From contig CM022667.1 in the NCBI GenBank assembly GCA_012295275.1, forward strand, positions 12,710,001-12,774,000: 64,000 nucleotides of DNA, given 5' to 3'. The stretch is from Chrysomallon squamiferum (lineage: Eukaryota > Animalia > Mollusca). The notes under the pieces are model-generated. The model saw only the letters and a program-made list of their open reading frames with translations, had not been told where the DNA came from and ran no database searches. This document shows positions 39,915-53,953 of this stretch, piece by piece. A program made the position numbers and the translations under genes. The number at the start of each line of letters is the position of its first letter. Position 1 is the stretch's first letter.

Positions 39915-42818
39915 AACATTTTAAAAAAACCCCACTTTGTTGTTCACTGATCATTCATTGCTGTATTTTCTAATCATTTTTAAAACTTGAGTACCATGTC
40001 ATCAATGGCAGGATTTCTTTGAAGATGAAATTTATGTACCATTTTATGTCATTTTAAGAAAAGGTCACAAGTAAAGATCAAGGTTAAACTTGTTATTTGA
40101 TTTAATTATAGTCTTCAGAAATCTAATTTTACCTATCATTAGATTATAAATGGAATTTGTTTACTTTATCAGGAATTGTTAAAAATGTTTTTCTAAAAAA
40201 AACAATTTCATATATTAAGATCTTTTTAATAATCTTGTATTCCAGAATGAATGCTAGATATACATCAATGAGTCAATTAACATTAAAGATTTTCATTTAG
40301 CTCTCAATTCATTTATACTAAGTTATGTTAAGAAAAGATTCCATTATCCAAACAGAAAACCTCATGAAATAATTCACAGAACATAAAAAGGAATCTTAAT
40401 TTTTAATCTTAGTTTGGTGAATTCAGCAATATAAACCTGTTCAGAAGTTATAACAATAATGTAAATATATATCATCTAAAATAGCAGTTTTCAAAGTAAA
40501 AAATGGAAGACATCAAAATAATCCAAATAAAAGTACTCTGGGGTTCTCTGTTTTTAACAGTAAAGTGTCCCTTCAATTAAATGGTTTGCAAAAAAGCTCT
40601 GGGAAAAAAATTAAATATGTTGGATGAAAAAATTTTGATGCTGTAAACACAGGTAAACATTGTCTCTAAAATACTGAAATTAAGAAACAAAACTGAATTC
40701 TTGACAAGTTTTAGATATTTTATATTATTTTATAATACAGAAAATATTGTTATTTATTTAAAAAAAACGGGTGTTTGATACAGCTAGAAGAAATACTTTA
40801 TTCTTGTCTTGCTTTAAAAAAAAGTTATTTATACACCAATTTTTTTTTTAAAAAGATTATAAAAATATAGTAATCAAATAAATATTCATATTAATTTTTA
40901 AAATAAACAAAAATAAAAAATGAAACAGAAAGTCATCTTAATAAAAATTAAAAGAAATAAAATATATTTTCAAAAGAGTAATATTAGAAATGAAAAGACA
41001 ACAACTCCAGTTTTGTCAAAAGCGGTGCATTTATGTTTGCTATGTACAGAAGGAGAATAATGACAATAAATACATTACATTTTCTCTGTTGTTGTATTGG
41101 TGAGATCCACAAAGTAAAAGCATTTGGTAGGAAAATATGCCAGTCACTTTGCATAGCAAGGACATACAAATGGATGGACAGCATTTTAAATACACTACTC
41201 AAAAATACATTATAAATTCAGAAACACATTCACATTTTTATTTTATTTCACACCGAGTTGTATAAAATTTTACTTTCAAAGGACAAATTTGTATTAAATC
41301 AGCTATTTCTTTATTTTATTTTTATATATATACATGTACCTTGTGTATCCTAAAATAATCTCCATTAAAAAAGAAAAAATATTGACAATAAATTATTATG
41401 TTTATGCTTCAGATAAATATATATTCTAAAATATATTTAACAATAAATCTATAACTTATTTATTTAATAGAAGTTGACTATATACATTATTATAAATTAG
41501 ACTATTGAACAATTGTTATCAGTTTTAATATTTATTTCACTAACGACAGCAAAAAATATATAATTAAAAATGTATTTACAGCATATGTTGGTATTTTTGT
41601 TTTATTATTAATTTTTTTTTGTTTTTGTTTTTTTTGTTTTTTTTAATGTCAAATGGTGGACGGTATTTTTGTCATAAGGCTAGAAAAGAAAACAGGGCTT
41701 TACAAAACGTTAAACATCACATTTTATTTTAAAAATTTCTATATAAAAAATTATTTTCCTTGTTTTGGTGTTCTGTTAGACAAAACATTGCATATTTCTT
41801 TAATAATAATAATAATAATAATTATAATAATAATGATAATGATAGTAATAAATATTTAAATAATCTCTGGAATGTTTTAACGACATTTTTGAATATTTCT
41901 TCTGAAGCTTTATTTTTAACTTTTTCCCCCAAAACTATTTTCATTTAAAGATAAAAATAATGTGTTTGTATGGTCTTATTAATAAACCATAACTAACCAT
42001 AAAAGATGCAGTATAATTTCAGATTTATTTATTTATAAACCATTTTTAAAAACATAAAAACTGTCCAACTTTAATTTTCATTTTAATTTATTTATATTTT
42101 TTTAAAAATACATTGAGATTTAATTACAAATTATAATCTATATTACAGTAAATTCTTAACTGAAATTACTTGTATGCAAAAATCCCCAAAGTATTGCTTA
42201 ATTCATATTTGAATTTACATTTAAACTAAAACTGCAATAAACAGTAATAATAAATAAAATTTAATCTTTCTTAAAATAAATTTATTGTTTTCAAAATAAT
42301 GCTGCTTTATAATACTACATTCTTAATTCTTTTATTAACAAATTTTTTTTATGTGAATAACTTTTTCAAATCAATAAAACATAAGTAAGATTTGATCAGT
42401 GCAAATTTTATTTGAGATTCATTTAATTAAATAAATGCCTTATTATATTTAATAATAATAACCAATAATAATAATAAATAGCAAAAATTATTTTTTTAAT
42501 TTGGAAAAAAAAAAGGTGATAAGCTGTGCAGAACAATAAAACATGAATGATTTTACAAAGTGAGAACTATGCAAATGAATCAAAATAATTAAAGCTTACA
42601 GAAAGTAATGCAATATACATTTTATATAAAATGGAAATAAAATATTAAAAAAATCATTTATAATAGAAGAAAAAAAAGAAAGAAACATTATGGGAGATAT
42701 TCAAAATGCTTACACAATTTTTTTGTATTTTCATAAAAATTAAAAAATGTTTTCTGGACATCAGATAAATCAGTAGAAGATAAAAATTGACAAATTGACA
42801 ATTATATTAAAAATGAAT

Positions 42819-42821
<3 letters not shown>

Positions 42822-42867
<46 letters not shown>

Positions 42868-42920
42868 TTAATAGTAGTAGTAGTAATAATAATAATAGTA
42901 GTAATAATAGTAGTAGTAAC

Positions 42921-42980
<60 letters not shown>
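42822..42980. repeat. (AAT)n/(AGT)n microsatellite
   Basis: Direct inspection. Confidence 0.95.
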
Positions 42981-43279
42981 CACAACACATACTTAAGTTT
43001 ATTAAGTGTAAATGAGCATGTGATTTCCAGATTATTAAATTGTTCCATTTTATTATTATTTTTTTTTTAAACTGTTCATGATATTGAGCAGATGTTTCCA
43101 TTCTCAAAAAGTTAGGATGGACAGTATAACAATAGTTTTCACAAGGTATTGATAACAAATGTATTCTGTGAAACTAAAGAACATAATAATTCACTGTAAA
43201 AATATTAAAAATCCACTTCGTGAGTCATTTATTTTCAGTGTGTAAGAGTAATTCTCTCTCAAAGCAATGAAGATAGTAA

Positions 43280-43310
<31 letters not shown>

Positions 43311-43780
43311 TTGTTTTCATGGATGGAATGATATCAGATACTGGTGCATAGGAATTGACGTAAGTTATCACTAAAAAGCTTTCTGAGACACTGTCACTAC
43401 ATGTGTCACTGTAATGTGATGCATGTAGCTGGAAAGTCACATCTTCAAAGCAGTATTACTAACACATCCAAGTCTTCTAACAAGATTGCCATGAAGTAAG
43501 GGAGGTAACTTTAAAAAAAAAAAAAAAAAAAAAATCCAAAACTCAGAAATCTGAAATATGAGGCCATTTTTCTTTTTTTTTTCTTTTTTAAAAAAAAAAA
43601 AAAAATCACAATTTTTAGAAAAAAAAAAAAAATCCATTATCCTCTTTTGGTATAATCCACAGAAATTTTCTCAGTAATCCATGAAAATAAAAGTCTGCCA
43701 CAGTTGTTCGAATGCTTAAATTTGTTTTAAAAAACTGAAAACAGCAGGTGAAAGGAACTGTTGTGTTGCATTGCTGTCTG

Positions 43781-43913
43781 TTAAACTAAATTTCCCATCA
43801 GAATCTGCAGCTCTTTGTATGTGCCCCCCAGTTTGCCCTGAATGTTCTGCTGTTTGTCTAGAATAGATCGTATTGCCATCAATGTAGTGTAACATGTGTT
43901 ACATTTCTTGTAT
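43781..43913 (-). CDS. KATNB1: KATNB1 exon 20 (terminal)
   Basis: (R)[43 protein letters not shown]. Confidence 0.94.
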
Positions 43914-44018
43914 CTGTAGGAATGGGAAAAAAAAAAAGTAACATTAAATTTCATTTAAAAGTTGTTTTTAAAACTTTTTTGAAAGTAACAGATATAATAT
44001 TTATTTCATTAAATTGAA

Positions 44019-44068
<50 letters not shown>

Positions 44069-44506
44069 CAGTAATAATTAACAATTAAATAAATATCAGT
44101 CAATAACATAAAAAAATATTTCTCTGTTTTTAATTAACTATACTGATTTTTATCCTTAATAGTAACATTTCTTGCATTATTAAGGATACAAGTTATTTTA
44201 TAACATAAATACTGAAAACTGTTTTATCATTCTGTAGAAATACTGTCTCCCTCATTTGGTATTATAAATAAGAAAATTAATTTACCATTCTTTTCTAGAT
44301 ATGTCAATGCTTAGATATTTTTATGTTTAGAAATATATAAATACAGGAAACTATGTCATGATTGTTTTCTTTGATATACTGACTCCTAAACTTAGTAATA
44401 TGTATATATATATATATAAATACTGAAAACTATACTACCACTCATGTCTAGACCTACTGACACCTGTACTTTTTAACATAAATCCTGAAAATTATTTAAC
44501 ATTCTT

Positions 44507-44584
<78 letters not shown>

Positions 44585-46895
44585 CTATTCCAACATTTGA
44601 TAGCACTAATACTGAATTACTGTTCTTCTCTAGATATATCAAATCCTGTACATTATAACATAAATACTGAATTACTGTCCTTGTTTGATATATCAACTTC
44701 TATACTTTATAACATAAATTCTGAATTACTGTTCCTCTCTAGATATACAGCTCCAACATTTTATAACATAAATACTGAAAACACTGTTACTGTTGCTCTC
44801 TAGATACACTGACTCCTGTACATTATTGTAACATTAATAATGAATTACCGTTCCTCTCTTGATATATCGACTCCTATACTCGGTGGTGCAGTTAGGTTAG
44901 CCTTAATCACAGGTCCCATATTTTTCAGTATCAGTTTCAGTGAGGCACAAGTTGTGACAACGTAACTGAAATTAAAATGAAATGATAACATTATTTTCTT
45001 TTTAAAGTCAGTTTTCTTTTCAATTTGTTTTTTTGTCCAAAAGAAAACTGTGTCTGGAACAAGTCAGGACTGAAGTTGATAAATTTATGAAATTATTTCT
45101 AATGTTATGTTGGCCCAAAATTAGAGAAACTTTTACCTGGTAATGTTAAATAAGAAATGTTTTTAAATATTAATTTTTTTTGTACAATATAATATCATCA
45201 ATGTTATTATTATTTTTAAAAGAAATATTACATTAAACTCAAGAAAATGATAACAATAATAAAACCACTAAACAGCAGCTCTGTAATGTGCTAATTTAAA
45301 AAAATGGGTTTCGGTGACAAACCATTCATATTTGCTGCCGAGTAGATCTTTCAGCTGTGGTAGTAAGATTGTACAAAGATCTAGATTCCACAGTGATCTG
45401 AAAATAAAACAACAAACAGATACATTTAATACAAGTGTGTGTCTACCTTTCTCCAGTTCACTCACTCACTCACACAAAAACACCAATATTAGTCTAATAA
45501 TGCAATAATTGGGCACGTATGCACACTCACACAATCTCCTTCCCTCTCCTCTTGCTCTCTCTCATCACACACACACATACACACAAACACACACATGCAC
45601 CATCATATATAACGCATTCACCAATGTCAGTATAATAATATAAATGTAGTATAATGTAAGTGAACCTACGTTTTAGAATTGAGTACATTCAGTATATCCA
45701 CCATAACAGCTGGGTCATTCATGCTGATGGCAGAATCTACTGCAGTCTGAAAACAATGATAATTTAACTATAATTTTAAAATTATTTTTAAATATCAAAA
45801 GTTCAGGGATAAAAATTATTAAAATGTTTCTTTTGTTATTATTTTATTTATTTATTTATTTATTATTATTATTTTTTTTTTTTTTTTTGGTGCTTTTTAT
45901 TAGTTTGTAATTATTTACTAAAAAATAACATTATCCAAAAGTCTGGCAAATATTTGTTCATTGATATTTACCTATTACTGGTGTAACAAAATATACATAA
46001 TAAACTAGTTAAATCGTTTTTTTGGAAAGTAAAGGGAAATAACTCCTTTGTGCTCAGATGAAATTATTAGTGTAAAAAAAAAAGAAAAAAAGAAAAAAAA
46101 AGATATACTAACATCAATTAATAAAATACAGAATTAACAAACTATATATATATATATTTTTTTTTAAATGCAAAATCTTTTACATTAATTTGAAAGTAAC
46201 GATTATAAATTTTACATAAACATGAAAATTGCCTTTAAACAATGGTGCTCAGTACAAATTCCCAATACTTTGATTTTGAAACGACACCACAATAACAGTA
46301 AGAACTGTAAACAGAAATAAACGTAACTTGACCACCGTTATTACCTTGGTGTTTCCTGCTGTCCACATTGCTCGGACAATCTGCAGGTTGCGCCCCCTGT
46401 TCGACAGGACCTGCTCCATTGCGGTGTGACCTCTCTGGAGTGACCCCAGCACCTCCGACTCTGACAAGTTACCACTGTTGTCGACATTTCCAAACCTCTT
46501 TTGCTTAAAACCAAACAAAAATAATTTACTATTATTTATTTTTGATTAAAGTTTTTTTTTTAAAAATTGTCTCATTCAAATGAAAGCAGAGAAATAAAGT
46601 TTGATAAAAAAAAAAATCTTTTCATTATTATTAATTATTTTTTTATTATTATTATTATTGTTTGACTATGTGAAAATCTGCCAAAGCAGTTTAACTTAAA
46701 ATCATTTCAAAAATCATTAGCAATGAATCATCTGAAAATTTCAGTATTTGTATGACTACTTTCTCACTTGTTTCTCCATTTAAAATCAGATCATGTATTT
46801 TTTTTTTTTTTACAAAACAAAGAAATTATTAATAAAAATAATAATAACAAAAAATATAATAATAACAATAATAAACATAATAATAACAATAATAA

Positions 46896-46930
<35 letters not shown>

Positions 46931-47714
46931 GTAATAATAATAATAACAACAATAATAACAATAATAAATATAATAAAATAATAATAATCCTAAAAAGAAG
47001 GATAACAACAACAACAATAATAAAGATAACAATAATAAATATAATAAAATAATAATAATCATAAAAAGAAGTATAACGACAACAACAATAATAAAGATAA
47101 CAATTAAGAAAACCAACAGGTAGAAAATCTTCTGCTGCTACTGAAGGTTTTTCAACAGGTTTCGACTCAACCGGGATTTTCTGATCTGCGGCTGTGTTTG
47201 TTCGTCTGTCTGCAGACTTCACTGGGGCTTTCTGTTTCACTGGCTCCACTTCGAGGGAGGCTGGAAATAAATGTACAGTCCTTAAATACTACAACAAATA
47301 CAGAAGTAAACTGCACAGATTATCTGTTATATTATCACGTAATTTTTAGAAAATTAGAATGGAAATACAGAAATGAACTATATTCATTTAATCACTGCAG
47401 AAAATAAAATTGATAACTAAGTGTCTGTGTTGTGTGCAGGTGTATGTGTGTCTGTATCTGTCTGTGTGTGTACATTTTAACAGCATGTGATATTATGAAT
47501 TTGTAATACTTGTTTCATATATAATATAATTTTAAAATTATGTGACTACATAGTAATTTTTCCAGTAAAATTTATAAATGCATCAAACAATATTGTTACA
47601 GTTTTTTTATTTTGGGAAATAATTTTTAGTGGTCTTTTTGTATTGAGTATGTATTTGAATGAGGGAGTGTGGGTGTGTGTCTATTCATTTGTGGAGTATG
47701 TGTGTGCGTGTGTC

Positions 47715-47773
<59 letters not shown>

Positions 47774-49570
47774 GTGTGTGTGTGTGCATGCATGATGTAC
47801 TTTCCATGCTGTTAAAAGCAACAAAATAAAAAAAAAAAAAAAAAGAAGCAAAAAATCTTGTACCAGAATTATGCATTTCATTCAGTATCATCTCACTACA
47901 TATTTATATTAACCATAAATTAAGAATCAAAAAAACTTTAAGATCAGACAGACTAAATATCTCACATTACAGTTATCTTATAATATTTTAAAGTTATTAA
48001 TTAAATGTTTAATATGACCTCTGAACTACATATTTATATTAACCATAAATTAAGAATCAAGAACAAACTTTATGATCAGACAGACTAAATATCTTACATT
48101 ACAGTTATCTTATAGTATTTTAAAGTTATTTATTAAATGTTTAATATGACCTCTGATGGTTATTTCTGACACACGCACATGCTGGGCTCAAGTTAAACTT
48201 ACAGTCTTCAGGAGGCGGGCGAAAAGGTTCCACCTTCTTTGGAGGAAACACAGCTGAAAAGGTAAAAAAGAAAACAAAACATGCAAAGCAGGAGCCAAAT
48301 AGAACAAAAAAACAAACTCAAATGTTAGTTAGGGATAGAAAAAGCTGAAAAAGGATGATACCTCAAGCAATTGTATCAAAGAAAATGTATCATTCGTAAT
48401 TTAATTAAGAATTTAAGTTTTACACACATACACACACAGAGATTATCTATGCAGTGTTTTTAAATGTACACGTGTGTGTGTGTGTGTGTGTGAGTGTGAG
48501 CAATTATGTTTTTTGTGTTTGTGTGACTGAATGTTTTGTGAATTAATGTGTTTCACAAATACATGTATGTCATTTGTATCTGATATATATTTATTTTAAT
48601 AAGATTAACTACATATGTGCATGTAATTGTGAATGATTATACATACATACATACATACGTTTTAGACACTAATTATGAACATCTATTTAATTTCTTTCTA
48701 CACCTTTACACACCATATTAAACATGTGACAGTAACATAATGCAGTAACATATAAATTATAATAAGTATGTATTCTATCTCAGCCAACAGTCAATGATAT
48801 TAACAATAATCTAAGAGTTAACAGTATAAATATGTATTTATATAAAGGCTAGAGATACTGACAAAAGATAAAACTACATGCATCCAAAATCCATAAATAA
48901 ACCTAACCAAACTTCAGCACATGTGAAGCCATGCAGTAAGTAAAGAGAATTAACAAAAGTTAAATTAATAAATACATCCATTATATAAGGAACATTTTCA
49001 TTTCTATTACATTACATTACATTAATGAATAATTAATTATGTGTAACTTTGAAAATCAGTAATGTTCTTTATTATTAATCTAGCCTAAGAAAGTTTATTT
49101 AAAATGTTAACAGAAACAAAAGTGTGAAATATTCTAAATACATGAAGTATGCTGGACAGCATTTATTTCATTTCTTCACAGAGTTTACCTTTAATATGTT
49201 TTGTATTTTCAGTTTATTGTTTTAATCTGAAGAGATTAGATGCACTTGAAATAATTTATTTTATTTCTTGATGAAATTAACTTGGATGAGGCAGGACTAT
49301 ACTGCTAGTATTTATAAAGCCATACAATAACATATACAAGCCCATTAAAAAGCATGGTGAATATCACTGTTCCATCTTTCTCGTGTTTTGGATAATCATT
49401 AACTGATTAAAGCATGATGTAAATAAATAAATAAATAAAAATAAATATGACACACACATACAAAAAAAAAAAAAATAAATAAATAAATAAAAAAAAGAAT
49501 TATAATAATAAAAAAAAAATAAAAATAAATAAATAAATAAATTAAAAATAATAAAAATACTATTGAAAAT

Positions 49571-49621
<51 letters not shown>

Positions 49622-50080
49622 AACAATAATGACAGTTATTTTATTTACAGATGATGAAGTAAATACAAATGACTGACAGACGTGATCAGTACAGATTATC
49701 TGTTGAAATTATTATTGTGTTAATTTGCATGGGTACTTTATATTTATAATACGTTATCAACTACTGAATCTAGTAAGTTTGTATCTGTGAGTAAATATGC
49801 TGCAATTATATGGTTTAGTGATTTATAAAATAGTTTTTAATCATGCTCCTTCACCATAACATCCATTATAATGTTTTCTAAGACACTTATAATAAGTCTT
49901 GGTGTGGCACTGATATGGAAGGTAATAATTGTAACTACAGGGAAATATGAAAGCAAATTAAATACTGAAAAATTATTCCATTAAACAAAACAAAATAGGA
50001 TTTAGGAAATTAATAATTATAATTAACTGAAGAGATAAATAAATAAATAATAACATCAACAGTAATAAAAAAAAAATCCA

Positions 50081-50145
<65 letters not shown>

Positions 50146-51327
50146 TTTGAGAGTAAAGGACTAATTATAAACAGATTATTTTTGGCCACCACCAAGACAA
50201 ATATCTACAAGGTTCTGTATATATATTTTATATATCTGGATTATAACAGATGTTAAGTTTGAAAATTCTCACCCTTATTTGATTTTTTCCCATACTGCCA
50301 GATTTTGTCAACTGGAATTGGCACAGTGAACATTTTTAGTAAAGAAAAGTTATTTACTGCTTATCTTGTTCAGTTTTGTTTTGTTTGTTTTTGTTATTTT
50401 TATTTATTTATTTTTTATTATTTTTTGGGGGCTGGGATGATTTGTTATTTTTCCTTTAGTGTTAAATATTTCCATATTAAATTCATTCCAGGCCAAAAGA
50501 TAAAAAAAACTCTAAAATATTTCAAATAAAAACATAAAATATTTTTACTCAAAAATAAATAAACAAAATCATGATTGTCACAATGCAATTGATAATATAT
50601 GCATAACTAACAAAAAAAATTATAAAAAATTTAAATCTTTGACATAAATTAGTGAACAAAATAATAAATTTTGAATACTGCACAAATGTTTCTTACAACC
50701 AAATTTTGCTGATAATAAAGTACATCAATAAAATAACATTTCTAATTGTGATAAGTCAAATCAGAAGAAGACATCCCACATGACTCGTTATTTTACTGGC
50801 ATTCTTTATTATTAGTAAAGGTTAGTTATCACATAAATTTAACCCTTCCCTAGTGAACAGAAAAGATGCATTTTGCTTGTGATCTGGGAGGGGTTTTCCA
50901 CAAAAACTTCCAAAAACTGAAAACCCTAGTTTTAGAAATACTTTTATTTGTTTGGACAGAAGGGAGAGATCATTTTAGGAAATAAATTTATATATATATA
51001 AAAATAAAAAAATAAATTTTTTAAAAATCTCACCAGGTCGTCGACTGTTGACCTGAAAAAGTTCTCGGTAATCGTCCTGGTTCTGTATGTCTGCTGACAC
51101 GTTGTTACCTGGTTCTTCTACCTGGTTTCTACCTGGTTCATTCTCATCTTCCTTTGGAACACTGAAGATTAAAAAAAAACAAAAAAACTGAATGATTATT
51201 CTACTAATAAAACAGTTTTTAACCGATACTGAAAGAGGGAGTAACACACTGCAAACGAAACAAGTAATTAACAGAGGTCCTTTGTGATTTGTTACCAGTT
51301 TACCTGCTGTCAAGTCCCATATGTGTT

Positions 51328-51359
<32 letters not shown>

Positions 51360-52169
51360 TAATAATAATAATAATAATAAAAAAAAACTTAATTACCAGG
51401 TAAACATTTTAATTGTTTTTTTAGTTATCGGGCATGTATTTTATAATGGGACAAAGCTATTAATTAACAGGAAGAGATATTTTATTTGCACCTTCTCTGT
51501 AGACAAGACAACACATTCCATGAAGTTTGATAAATCAACAGTTACAGCTGGTGCTTAATTAAAAAAAAAAAAAAAAAAAAAAATCTGAATAAAAGCTCAT
51601 TCTATTCAAATAAAGCAATGAAACAATTATTTCAAAATATGAGCATAATAATTCAGAAATTGCAATAACCTCTATAAAATATTCATTTATAACAACCATG
51701 AAATAACTTTATAATGTTTTGCTCACTTACTTAAATGATAATAATTTTCACAAAGCGATTTAAACAAAGATAAGACAGATGTTTTTGACAACAAATTGAC
51801 AAACCTAGCTTGTCTTGATGATGATGTTGGAGGTCTTTCCATGGCAAAATTTTTTCTACTACTGAAAATTTAAAAAAGCCAATTTATTCCTCATTATGTA
51901 CTTAGAAAATCTGTAAAACAAATATTAAAGTTATTTCAGCTGTATTTAAATTGAGAATTTACAATTATGTTTAAAGAAAGATCACAAAACATTTTGAGCT
52001 ATTTATATCCAGCTTTTATTGGTATGCAAGAAAGAAAAACAACAAACAAACAAACAAAAACAAACCCCAAAACCTCCAAAATAATTACAATTATTTAAAA
52101 TTATGGGTAAAAATAAATATCAAAGTCAAGTTATAAGAAAATACATTTCAGACTGTTAATTTATGGATG

Positions 52170-52201
<32 letters not shown>

Positions 52202-52237
52202 CATACATATACATATATAAACACACACACACAAACA

Positions 52238-52271
<34 letters not shown>

Positions 52272-53787
52272 TACATACACAGATACATACACACACAAAA
52301 CAATATGAACAAGACATGCAGTTACACATAAACATATTTTAAGATATATTATTATTAAAAATGGTGTTAGCTTGATAAATGATAAATGGGTTCCTGTTGA
52401 GATACTCAGATACATACATAAAACAATGTGAACAAGATAAATAGCTGCACATAAATATATTTTAAGATATTATTATTAAAAATGGTGTTAGCTTGATAAA
52501 TGATGAATGGGTTCCTGTTGAGATACTCAGATACATACATAAAACAATGTGAACAAGATAAATAGCTGCACATAAACATATTTTAAGATATTATTATTAA
52601 AAATGGTGCTACCTTGATAAATGACGAACGGGTTCCTGTTGAGGCACCCCACCAACTGGCTGTACACGCTGAAAATCAGACAACAAGAAAGTAAAATAAA
52701 ACAAATAACACACAGTTATCTAACTTAGTGTCTTCATAAAGTTTTTGTGGGAGTTTATATCATGGCCACTGGATTAAAATGGTCAAATGTTTGTTGATAA
52801 TTTGGCATTCAGAGTTGTTCATTTAAATGGCTGTTGATTTTATCATTTAATAGGTTAAACAAAAATGAGGGAAGTAGATTTTTACTGATTTTTAAATGCT
52901 GAATGAGTAAGAAAAGAGAGAGAGAAAGTACTAGAGAAAAGTGAATGAGAAAGACAGAGAAAGACATTCCTAGAAATGGAGGATGAATTTTAATAAATAA
53001 AATTGTCCTTTCTGATTTCTTTTTTTTTTAAGTATAACATAAAAGAAATGAAAATTAATTTAGGTAATTTCCAAAAGAAATCAATAAATGTAATTTAAAG
53101 AAAAGAATGATTTACTCACCTCTAAAGCTATCACATAACTGGAAACACTACTGTGTAGAAAAGATGCACCAATCTGAAAATTAAAAATAATGATAGCAGC
53201 ATTAGCAGGTATAGCCAAAAATTAAAAATTAAAATTAAACATTTTTTAAAATAAAGGAAAAAGGAAGAAAATTATAATCATAGTGATACTAATGATATTA
53301 ATATTAAAAATAATAAAATAAAATATATATTTTCTCAATACAAATCACACACACACACACACATATATATGTATATATACACACACACACTCACAAACTT
53401 GGTTTATATATAAAAAGCTATTCATTTATGAAATATATTTATTAAAAAAACAAAAACAAAACGAACAAAACTGTTAAGATTCTCATTCTGTAATTTATTT
53501 CACTTATTTAATTTAATGAAAACTATGTATAAAAATAAAGAAATTAAGGAAACAAAAATGAAAAGTCACAAAACTGACCAACTGGTTTTCTGCAATGGCC
53601 ATGTCGGCCACCTCTCCCCAGTGAACTGGGACGGAATCAAGACACTGAATTGGTTCCCAGGTGTAAACTTTGAGCATGTCACGACTTCCACTGTACAAAC
53701 ACATTCCTTCTGGGTGAAACTTTATAGTCCTGAAATAATAATAATAATAAAGGTTGATGATGATGATGATAATAATAATTAAATAAT

Positions 53788-53829
<42 letters not shown>

Positions 53830-53918
53830 CATTAAGACGTAATAATAATAATAATAATAATAAAATAGTAATTATAGTAGAACAAAAAATAAAAAAAAAC
53901 ACCACAAGAAATATGATG

Positions 53919-53953
<35 letters not shown>

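Noticed and set aside
44200-44880. Repeat-spacer periodicity resembling a CRISPR array
   Set aside because: Eukaryotic intron; the units are degenerate along their whole length, derive from exon 19, and no cas genes are present.
49369-49403. Candidate cassette exon in KATNB1 intron 13 (ttaatcag|..[11 protein letters not shown]|gtgata)
   Set aside because: At 35 nt it would shift the frame between phase-1 neighbours, and the donor is weak.
50840-50897. TTAACCCTT...GGGAGGGGTT inverted ends as a piggyBac-like MITE
   Set aside because: Too short and imperfect; the right-hand TTAA is missing.
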